Of a stretch of 64,000 bases of DNA, positions 1-13,541 are shown one piece after another. A program made the translations under genes and the position numbers. The stretch's first letter is position 1. Every line of letters begins with the position of its first letter. The notes beneath the pieces were generated by a model, which saw only the letters and a list, made by a program, of their open reading frames with translations, made no database searches and was not told the origin of the DNA. This DNA is from the human T2T-CHM13v2.0 reference genome, Homo sapiens: the NCBI RefSeq assembly GCF_009914755.1, contig NC_060937.1; one strand, given 5' to 3'.

Positions 1-473
1 ATACTGTACATAAAATATGAAAGTAACCAACCATTTATAATAAACTCTACATAAAATACCAAAGTACCCAAACTGTGTATTATATACTCTCCATAAAATA
101 TCAAAGTACCCAAAATATATATTGTCAACTGTACATAAAATATCAAAGTAGCCAAAATATATATAGTATACCGTACATAAAATATAAAAGTACCCCAAAT
201 ATGTATTATATACTGTACATAAAATATCAAAGTACCGATAATACATATTATATAGTGTACATAAAATATCAGAGGACCCAAAATAAACATTATATACTGT
301 ACATAAAATATCCAAATACTCAAAATATATATTACATACGGTACATAAAATATCAAAGTACCCAAATTATGTATTATATACTGTACATAAAATATCAGAG
401 TACCCAAAATATGCATTATATACTGTACATAAAATATGAAAGTAACAAAACATTTATAATAAACTGTACATAA

Positions 474-3400
474 AATATCAAAGTACTCAAACTATATATC
501 ATATACTGTACATAAAATATCAAAGTACCCAAACTGTGTATTATTACATACTGTATATAAAATATCAAAGTACCTGAAATATATACTGTATACTGTACAT
601 AAAATATCAAAGTACCCAAAATATATACTATATACTGTACATAAAATATGAAGGTACATCAAATATATATTATATCCTGTACATAAAATATCAAAGTACA
701 CCTATTATATATTGTGTACTGTACATAATATATTAAATCGCCCAAATATATATTGTATACTGTATATAAAATATGAAGGTACTTCAAATATATATTATAT
801 GCTGCACATAAAATATCAAAGTACCCAAAGTATGCATTACATACTGTACATAAAATATCAAAGTACACATATTATCTATTATATAATGTACATAAAATAT
901 GAAGGTTCATCAAATATATATTATATTCTGTACATAATATATCAAAGTACATCAAATATATATTATATACTGTACATAAAATATCAAAGTACCAAAAATA
1001 TGTATTATATACTGTACATAAAACATGAAAGTAACCAAACATTTATAATAAACTGTACTTAAAATATCAAAGTACTCAATCTACATATTATATACAGTAT
1101 ATAAAATATCAAAGTACACAAACTGTATATTATATACTGTACATAATATATCAAAGTACCCAGAATATATAGCATACTGTACTTAAAATATCAAAGTACC
1201 CAAAATATATATTGTATACTGTACATAAAATATGAAGGTACATCAAAGATATATTATATTCTGTACATAAAATATCAAAGTACACCAAATATATATTATA
1301 TGCTGTACATAATATATTAAAGTTGCCCATATATACATTATATACTGTACATAAAATATGAACGTACATCAAATATATAGTATATGCTGCACATAAAATA
1401 TCAAAGTACCCAAAGTATGTATTATACACTGTACATAAAATATCAAAGTACCAAAAGTATATATTACATACTGTAAATAAAATATGAAGGTACCTCAAAT
1501 ATATATTATATTCTGTACATAAAATATCAAAGTACACCAAGTATATACTATATACTCTGCATAAAATATTAAATTACCCAAAATATGTATTGCATTGTGT
1601 ACATAAAATATGAAAGTAACCAAACATTTATAATAAACTGTACATAAAATATCAAAGTACTCAAACTGTATATTATATACTGTACATAAAGTATCAAAGT
1701 ACCCAAACTGTGTAGTATATACTGTACATAAAATATCAAGGTACCCAAAATATATATTGTAAACTGTAGATAAAATATCAAAGTACCCAAAATATATATT
1801 ATATACTGTACATAAAATATGAAGGCACATCCAATATATATTATATTCTGTACATAAAATATCAAAGTACACCAAATGTATATTATATACTGTACATAAA
1901 ATATCAAAGTACCCAAAGTGTATATTATATACTGTACATAAAATATGAAGATTCATCAAATATATTTTATATTCTGCACATAATATATCAAAGTACAGCA
2001 AATATATATTATATACTGTACATAAAATATCAAAGTACCCAAAATATGTATTATATACTGTACATAAAATATGAAAGTAACCAAACATTTATAATAAACT
2101 GTACATAAAGTATCAAAGTACTCAAACTACATATTATATACAGTATATAAAATGTCAAAGTACCCAAACTGTATATTATATACTGTACATAATATATCAA
2201 AGTACCTGAATATATAGCATACTGTACATAAAATATCAAAGTACCCAAAGTGTGTATTATACACTGCACATAAAATATGAAGGTACATAAAATATATATT
2301 GTATTCTGTACATAAAATATCAAAGTACTCCAAATATATATTATATGCTGTACATAATATATTAAAGTCGCCCAAATATATATTATATACTGTACATAAA
2401 ATATGAAGGTACATCAAATATATATTATATGCTGCACATAAAATATCAAAGTACCCAAAGTATGTGTTATATACTGTACATAAAATATCAAAGTACCCAA
2501 AGTATATATTATATACTGTACATAAAATATAAAATACCCCAAATATATATTATATGCTCTACATAAAATATCAAAGTACACAAAATATGTATTATATACT
2601 GTACATAAAATACCAAAGGACCCAAAATATATATTATATACTGTACATAAAATATCAAAATACCCAAAATATATATTATATACTGTACATAAAATACCAA
2701 AGTACCCAAAGTATATATTATATACCGTACAAAAAATATCAAAGTAGCCAAAATATGTATTATACACTGTACATAATATATGAAAGTACCCAAACATTTA
2801 TAAAAAACTGTACATAAAATATCAATGTACTCAAACTATATATTATGTGCGGTACATAAGATATCAAATTACCCATACTATATAGTATATACTGCACTTA
2901 AAATATCAAAATACCCAAAATATATATTATATACGTTACATAAACTATCAAATACACAAAGTATGTATTATATACTGTACATAAAATAGCAAAGTTCCCA
3001 AAATATGTATTATATACTGTACATAAAATATGAAAGTACCCAACCATTTATAATAAACTCTACATAAAATACCAAAGTACCCAAACTGTGTATTATATAC
3101 TGTCCATAAAATATCAAAGTACCCAAAATATATATTGTAAACTGTACATAAAATATCAAAGTAGCCAAAATACATATTGTATACTGTACATAAAATATGA
3201 AAGTACCCCAAATATGTATTATATACTGTACATAAAATATCAAAGTACCCATAATACATATTATATACTGTACATAAAATATCAAAGGACCCAAAATAAA
3301 CATTATATACTGTACATAAAATATCCAAATACTCAAAATATATATTACGTACTGTACATAAAATATCAAAGTACCCAAATTATGTATTATATACTGTACG

Positions 3401-3486
3401 TAAAATATCAGAGTACCCAAAATATGCATTATATACTGTACATAAAATATGAAAGTAACAATACATTTATAATAAACTGTACATAA
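474..3486 (+). repeat. Higher-order repeat unit type A, 3,013 bp (72 monomers)
   Basis: Anchor ORF pattern repeats at +3013 (75->3088, 473->3486). Landmark CATTTATAA(T)A monomers at 32, 451, 1040, 1625, 2086, 2795 and 3045. Unit phase is arbitrary (set at the anchor ORF end). Confidence 0.9.
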
Positions 3487-6400
3487 AATATCAAAGTACT
3501 CAAACTATATATCATATACTGTACATAAAATATCAAAGTACCCAAACTGTGTATTATTATATACTGTATATAAAATATCAAAGTACCTGAAATATATACT
3601 GTATAGTGTACATAAAATATCAAAGTACCCAAAATATATACTATATACTGTACATAAAATATGAAGGTACATCAAATATATATTATATCCTGTACATAAA
3701 ATATCAAAGTACACCTATTATATATTGTGTACTGTACATAATATATTAAATCGCCCAAATATATATTGTATACTGTATATAAAATATGAAGGTACTTCAA
3801 ATATATATTATATGCTGCCCATAAAATATCAAAGTACCCAAAGTATGCATTAAACACTGTACATAAAATATCAAAGTACACATATTATCTATTATATAAT
3901 GTACATAAAATATGAAGGTTCATCAAATATATATTATATTCTGTACATAATATATCAAAGTACATCAAATATATATTATATACTGTACATAAAATATCAA
4001 AGTACCAAAAATATGTATTATATACTGTACATAAAACATGAAAGTAACCAAACATTTATAATAAACTGTACATAAAATATCAAAGTACTCAATCTACATA
4101 TTATATACAGTATATAAAATATCAAAGTACACAAACTGTATATTATATACCGTACATAATATATCAAAGTACCCAGAATATATAGCATACTGTACATAAA
4201 ATATCAAAGTACCCAAAATGTATATTGTATACTGTACATAAAATATGAAGGTACATCAAAGATATATTATATTCTGTACATAAAATATCAAAGTACACCA
4301 AATATATATTATATGCTGTACATAATATATTAAAGTTGCCCATATATACATTATATACTGTACATAAAATATGAACGTACATCAAATATATAGTATATGC
4401 TGCACATAAAATATCAAAGTACCCAAAGTATGTATTATACACTGTACATAAAATATCAAAGTACCAAAAGTATATATTACATACTGTAAATAAAATATGA
4501 AGGTACCTCAAATATATATTATATTCTGTACATAAAATATCAAAGTACACCAAGTATATACTATATACTCTGCATAAAATATTAAATTACCCAAAATATG
4601 TATTGCATTGTGTACATAAAATATGAAAGTAACCAAACATTTATAATAAACTGTACATAAAATATCAAAGTACTCAAACTGTATATTATATACTGTACAT
4701 AAAGTATCAAAGTACCCAAACTGTGTAGTATATACTGTACATAAAATATCAAGGTACCCAAAATATATATTGTAAACTGTAGATAAAATATCAAAGTACC
4801 CAAAATATATATTATATACTGTACATAAAATATGAAGGCACATCCAATATATATTATATTCTGTACATAATATATCAAAGTACACCAAATGTATATTATA
4901 TACTGTACATAAAATATCAAAGTACCCAAAGTGTATATTATATACTGTACATAAACTATGAAAGTTCATCAAATATATTTTATATTCTGCACATAATATA
5001 TCAAAGTACAGCAAATATATATTATATACTGTACATAAAATATCAAAGTACCCAAAATATGTATTATATACTGTACATAAAATATGAAAGTAACCAAACA
5101 TTTATAATAAACTGTACATAAAATATCAAAGTACTCAAACTGTATATTATATACTCTACATAAAGTATCAAAGTACCCAAACTGTGTAGTATATACTGTA
5201 CATAAAATATCAAGGTACCCAAAATATATATTGTAAACTGTAGATAAAATATCAAAGTACCCAAAATATATATTATATACTGTACATGAAATATGAAGGC
5301 CCCTCCAATATATATTATACTCTGTACATAAAATATCAAAGTACACCAAATGTATATTATATACTGTACATAAAATATCAAAGTACCCAAAGTGTATATT
5401 ATATACTGTACATAAACTATGAAGGTTCATCAAATATATTTTATATTCTGCACATAATATATCAAAGTACAGCAAATATATATTATATACTGTACATAAA
5501 ATATCAAAGTACCCAAATTATGTATTATATACTGTACATAAAATATGAAAGTAAGCAAACATTTATAATAAACTGTACATAAAGTATCAAAGTACTCAAA
5601 CTACATATTATATACAGTATATAAAATATCAAAGTACCCAAACTGTATATTATATAATGTACATAATATATCAAAGTACCCGAATATATAGCATACTCTA
5701 CATAAAATATCAAAGTACCCAAAGTTTGTATTATACACTGCACATAAAATATGGAGGTACATCAAAGATATATTATATTCTGTACATAAAATATCAAAGT
5801 ACACCAAATATATGTTATATGCTGTACATAATATATTAAAGTCGACCAAATATATATTATATACTGTACATAAAATATGAAGGTACATCAAATATATATT
5901 ATATGCTGCACATAAAATATCAAAGTACCCAAAGTATGTGTTATATACTGTACATAAAATATCAAAGTACCCAAAGTATATATTATATACTGTACATAAA
6001 ATATAAAATACCCCAAATATATATTATATGCTCTACATAAAATATCAAAGTACACAAAATATGTATTATATACTGTACATAAAATACCAAAGGACCCAAA
6101 ATATATATTATATACTGTACATAAAATATCAAAATACCCAAAATATATATTATATACTGTACATAAAATACCAAAGTACCCAAAGTATATATTATATACC
6201 GTACAAAAAATATCAAAGTAGCCAAAATATGTATTATACACTGTACATAATATATGAAAGTACCCAAACATTTATAATAAACTGTACATAAAATATCAAT
6301 GTACTCAAACTATATATTATGTGCGGTACATAAGATATCAAAGTACCCATACTATATAGTATATACTGTACTTAAAATATCAAAATACCCAAAATATATA

Positions 6401-6960
6401 TTATATACGTTACATAAACTATCAAATACACAAAGTATGTATTATATACTGTACATAAAATAGCAAAGTTCCCAAAATATGTATTATATACTGTACATAA
6501 AATATGAAAGTACCCAACCATTTATAATAAAGTCTACATAAAATACCAAAGTACCCAAACTGTGTATTATATACTGTCCATAAAATATCAAAGGACCCAA
6601 AATATATATTGTAAACTCTACATAAAATATCAAAGTAGCCAAAATACATATTGTATACTGTACATAAAATATAAAAGTACCCCAAATATATATTATATAC
6701 TGTACATAAAATATCAAAGTACCCATAATACATATTATACACTGTACATAAAATATCAAAGGACCCAAAATAAACATTATATACTGTACATAAAATATCC
6801 AAATACTCAAAATATATATTACATACTGTACATAAAATATCAAAGTACCCAAATTATGTATTATACACTGTACGTAAAATATCAGAGTACCCAAAATATG
6901 CATTATATACTGTACATAAAATATGAAAGTAACAAAACATTTATAATAAACTGTACATAA
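3487..6960 (+). repeat. HOR unit A+461, 3,474 bp (type A with internal 11-monomer duplication)
   Basis: Anchor spacing 3486->6960. Internal offset of 461 (ORFs 4508->4969). Confidence 0.85.
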
Positions 6961-9900
6961 AATATCAAAGTACTCAAACTATATATCATATACTCTACAT
7001 AAAATATCAAAGTACCCAAACTGTGTATTATTATATACTGTATATAAAATATCAAAGTACCTGAAATATATACTGTATACTGTACATAAAATATCAAAGT
7101 ACCCAAAATATATACTATATACTGTACATAAAATATGAAGGTACATCAAATATATATTATATCCTGTACATAAAATATCAAAGTACACCTATTATATATT
7201 GTGTACTGTACATAATATATTAAATCGCCCAAATATATATTGTATACTGTATATAAAATATGAAGGTACTTCAAATATATATTATATGCTGCACATAAAA
7301 TATCAAAGTACCCAAGGTATGCATTACATACTGTACATAAAATATCAAAGTACACATATTATCTATTATATAATGTACATAAAATATGAAGGTTCATCAA
7401 ATATATATTATATTCTGTACATAATATATCAAAGTACATCAAATATATATTATATACTGTACATAAAATATCAAAGTACCAAAAATATGTATTATATACT
7501 GTACATAAAACATGAAAGTAACCAAACATTTATAATAAACTGTACATAAAATATCAAAGTACTCAATCTACATATTATATACAGTATATAAAATATCAAA
7601 GTACACAAACTGTATATTATATACGGTACATAATATATCAAAGTACCCAGAATATATAGCATACTGTAAATAAAATATCAAAGTACCCAAAATATATATT
7701 GTATACTGTACATAAAATATGAAGGTACATCAAAGATATATTATATTCTGTACATAAAATATCAAACTACACCAAATATATATTATATGCTGTACATAAT
7801 ATATTAAAGTTGCCCATATATACATTATATACTGTACATAAAATATGAACGTACATCAAATATATAGTATATGCTACACATAAAATATCAAAGTACCCAA
7901 AATATATACTATATACTGTACATAAAATATGAAGGTACATCAAATATATATTATATCCTGTACATAAAATATCAAAGTACACCTATTATATATTGTGTAC
8001 TGCACATAATATATTAAATCGCCCAAATATATATTGTATACTGTATATAAAATATGAAGGTACTTCAAATATATATTATATGCTGCACATAAAATATCAA
8101 AGTACCCAAAGTATGCATTACATACTGTACATAAAATATCAAATTACAAAAATTATATATTATATTCTGTACATAAAATATGTAGGTTCTTCAAATATAT
8201 TTTATATTCTGTACATAATATATCAAAGTACATCAAATATATATTATATACGGTACATAAAATATCAAATTACCCAAAATATGTATTAATTACTGTGCAT
8301 AAAATATGAAAGTAACCAAACATTTATAATAAACTGTACATAAAATATCAAACTACTCAATCTACATATTATATACAGTATATAAAATATCAAAGTACAC
8401 AAACTGTATATTATATACTGTACATAATATATCAAAGTACCCAGAATATATAGCATACTGTACATACAATATCAAAGTACCCAGAATGTATATTGTATTC
8501 TGTACATAAAATATGAATGTACATCAAAGATATATTATATTCTGTACATAAAATATCAAAGTACACCGAATATATATTATATGCTGTACATAATATATTA
8601 AAGTTGCCCATGCATACATTTTATACTGTACATAAAATATGAAGGTACATCAAATATATAGTATATGCTGCACATAAAATATCAAAGTACCCAAAGTATG
8701 TATTATATACTGTACATAAAATATCAAAGTACCAAAAGTATATATTACCTACTGTAAATAAAATATGAAGATACCTCAAATATATATTATATTCTGTACA
8801 TGAAATATCAAAGTACACCAAGTATATACTATATACTCTACATAAAATATTAAATTACCCAAAATATGTATTGTATTGTGTACATAAAATATGAAAGTAA
8901 CCAAACATTTATAATAAACTGTACATAAAATATCAAAGTACTCAAACTTTATATTATATACTGTACATAAAGTATCAAAGTACCCAAACTGTGTAGTATA
9001 TACTGTACATAAAATATCAAGGTACCCAAAATGTATATTGTAATCTGTAGATAAAATATCAAAGTACCCAAAATATATATTATATACTGTACATAAAATA
9101 TGAAGGCTCATCCAATATATATTATATTCTGTACATAAAATATCAAAGTACACCAAATGTATATTATATACTGTACATAAAATATAAAACTACGCCAAAT
9201 ATATCTTATATACTCTACATAAAATATCAAAGTACCCAAAATATATATTATACACTGTACATAAAATATCAAAGTACCCATAGTATGTATTATATCCTGT
9301 ACATAAAATATGAAGGTACATCAAATATATATTCTATTCTGCACATAAAATATCATATTGCACCAACTATATATTGTATACTGTATATAAAATATGAAGG
9401 TACTTCAAATATATATTATATGCTGCACATAAAATATCAAAGTACCCAAAGTATGCATTATATACTGTACATAAAATATCAAAGTACCCAAAGTGTATAT
9501 TATATACTGTACATAAAATATGAAGGTTCATCAAATATATTTTATATTCTGCACATAATATATCAAAGTACAGCAAATATATATTATATACTGTACATAA
9601 AATATCAAAGTACCCAAAATATGTATTATATACTGTACATAAAATATGAAAGTAACCAAACATTTATAATAAACTGTACATAAAATATCAAAGTACTCAA
9701 ACTACATATTATATACAGTATATAAAATGTCAAAGTACCCAAACTGTATATTATATACTGTACATAATATATCAAAGTACCCAAATATATAGCATACTGT
9801 ACATAAAATATCAAAGTACCCAAAGTGTGTGTTATACACTGCACATAAAATATGAAGGTACATCAAAGATATATTATATTCTGTACATAAAATATAAAAG

Positions 9901-10518
9901 TACACCAAATATATATTATATGCTGTACAGAATATATTAAAGTCGACCAAATATATATTATATACTGTACATAAAATATGAAGGTACATCAAATATATAT
10001 TATATGCTGCACATAAAATATCAAAGTACCCAAAGTATGTATTATATACTGTACATAAAATATCAAAGTACCCAAAGTATATATTATATACTGTACATAA
10101 AATATAAAATACCCCAAATATATATTATATCCTGTACATAAAATATCAAAGTACCCAAAATATATATTGTAAACTGTACATAAAATATCAAAGTAGCCAA
10201 AATATATATTGTATACTGTCCATAAAATATAAAAGTACCCCAAATATGTATTATATACTGTACATAAAATATCAAAGTACCGATAATACATATTATATAC
10301 TGTACATAAAATATCAAAGGACCCAAAATAAACATTATATACTGTACATAAAATATCCAAATACTCAAAATATATATTACATACTGTACATAAAATATCA
10401 AAGTACCCAAATTATGTATTATATACTGTACGTAAAATATCAGAGTACCCAAAATATGCATTATATACTGTACATAAAATATGAAAGTAACAAAACATTT
10501 ATAATAAACTGTACATAA
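6961..10518 (+). repeat. Chimeric A/B HOR unit, 3,558 bp
   Basis: Anchor spacing 6960->10518. A 794-bp re-entry (7199->7993) and a 543-bp deletion near 10140. Confidence 0.8.
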
Positions 10519-13500
10519 AATATCAAAGTACTCAAACTATATATCATATACTGTACATAAAATATCAAAGTACCCAAACTGTGTATTATTATATACTGTA
10601 TATAAAATATCAAAGTACCTGAAATATATACTGTATACTGTACATAAAATATCAAAGTACCCAAAATATATACTATATACTGTACATAAAATATGAAGGT
10701 ACATCAAATATATATTATATCCTGTACATAAAATATCAAAGTACACCTATTATATATTGTGTACTGTACATAATATATTAAATCGCCCAAATATATATTG
10801 TATACTGTATATAAAATATGAAGGTACTTCAAATATATATTATATGCTGCACATAAAATATCAAAGTACCCAAGGTATGCATTACATACTGTACATAAAA
10901 TATCAAAGTACACATATTATATATTATATAATATACATAAAATATGAAGGTTCATCAAATATATATTATATTCTGTACATAATATATCAAAGTACATCAA
11001 ATATATATTATATACTGTACATAAAATATCAAAGTACCAAAAATATGTATTATATACTGTACATAAAATATGAAAGTAACCAAACATTTATAATAAACTG
11101 TACATAAAATATCAAAGTACTCAGTCTACATATTATATACAGTATATAAAATATCAAAGTACACACACTGTATATTATATACTGTACATAATATATCAAA
11201 ATACCCAGAATATATAGCATACTGTACATAAAATATCAAAGTACCCAAAATATATATTGTATACTGTACATAAAATATGAAGGTACATCAAAGATATATT
11301 ATATTCTGTACATAAAATATCAAACTACACCAAATATATATTATATGCTGTACATAATATATTAAAGTTGCCCATATATACATTATATACTGTACATAAA
11401 ATATGAACGTACATCAAATATATAGTATATGCTGCACATAAAATATCAAAGTACCCAAAGTATGTATTATACACTGTACATAAAATATCAAAGTACCAAA
11501 AGTATATATTACATACTGTAAATAAAATATGAAGGTACCTCAAATATATATTATATTCTGTACATAAAACATCAAAGTACACCAAGTATATACTATATAC
11601 TCTGCATAAAATATTAAATTACCCAAAATATGTATTGCATTGTGTACATAAAATATGAAAGTAACCAAACATTTATAATAAACTGTACATAAAATTTCAA
11701 AGTACTCAAACTGTATATTATATACTGTACATAAAGTATCAAAGTACCCAAACTGTGTAGTATATACTGTACATAAAATATCAAGGTACCCAAAATATAT
11801 ATTGTAAACTGTAGATAAAATATCAAAGTACCCAAAATATATATTATATACTGTACATAAAATATGAAGGCACATCCAATATATACTATATTCTGTACAT
11901 AAAATATCAAAGTACACCAAATGTATATTATATACTGTACAAAAAATATCAAAGTACCCAAAGTGTATATTATATACTGTACATAAAATATGAAGGTTCA
12001 TCAAATATATTTTATATTCTGCACATAATATATCAAAGTACAGCAAATATATATTATATACTGTACATAAAATATCAAAGTACCCAAAATATGTATTATA
12101 TACTGTACATAAAATATGAAAGTAACCAAACATTTATAATAAACTGTACATAAAGTATCAAAGTACTCAAACTACATATTATATACAGTATATAAAATGT
12201 CAAAGTACCCAAACTGTATATTATATACTGTACATAATATATCAAAGTACCCGAATATATAGCATACTGTACATAAAATATCAAGGTACCCAAAGTGTGT
12301 ATTATACACTGCACATAAAATATGAAGGTACATAAAATATATATTGTATTCTGTACATAAAATATCAAAGTACTCCAAATATATATTATATGCTGTACAT
12401 AATATATTATAGTCGCCCAAATATATATTATATACTGTACATAAAATATGAAGGTACATCAAATATATATTATATGCTGCACATAAAATATCAAAGTACC
12501 CAAAGTATGTGTTATATACTGTACATAAAATATCAAAGTACCCAATGTATATATTATATACTGTACATAAAATATAAAATACCCCAAATATATATTATAT
12601 GCTATACATAAAATATCAAAGTACACAAAATATGTATTATATACTGTACATAAAATACCAAAGGACCCAAAATATATATTATATACTGTACATAAAATAT
12701 CAAAATACCCAAAATATATATTATATACTGTACATAAAATACCAAAGTACCCAAAGTATATATTATATACCGTACAAAAAATATCAAAGTAGCCAAAATA
12801 TGTATTATACACTGTACATAATATATGAAAGTACCCAAACATTTATAATAAACTGTACATAAAATATCAATGTACTCAAACTATATATTATCTGCGGTAC
12901 ATAAGATATCAAAGTACCCATACTATATAGTATATACTGTACTTAAAATATCAAAATACCCAAAATATATATTATATACGTTACATAAACTATCAAATAC
13001 ACAAAGTATGTATTATATACTGTACATAAAATAGAAAAGTTCCCAAAATATGTATTATATATATTATAAATATGTACATAAAATATGAAAGTACCCAACC
13101 ATTTATAATAAACTCTACATAAAACACCAAAGTACCCAAACTGTGTATTATATACTGTCCATAAAATATCAAAGTACCCAAAATATATATTGTAAACTCT
13201 ACATAAAATATCAAAGTAGCCAAAATACATATTGTATACTGTACATAAAATATAAAAGTACCCCAAATATATATTATATACTGTACATAAAATATCAAAG
13301 TACCCATAATACATATTATATACTGTACATAAAATATCAAAGGACCCAAAATAAACATTATATACTGTACATAAAATATCCAAATACTCAAAATATATAT
13401 TACATACTGTACATAAAATATCAAAGTACCCAAATTATGTACTATATACTGTACGTAAAATATCAGAGTACCCAAAATATGCGTTATATACTGTACATAA

Positions 13501-13541
13501 AATATGAAAGTAACAAAACATTTATAATAAACTGTACATAA
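10519..13541 (+). repeat. HOR unit A+10, 3,023 bp
   Basis: Anchor spacing 3023. Net 10-bp insertion at about 13062-13072. Confidence 0.85.

Noticed and set aside
551-565. TATA-box-like TATATAAA / TATAAAA motifs as promoters
   Set aside because: Expected by chance in about 80% AT repeats, with no other promoter context to support them.
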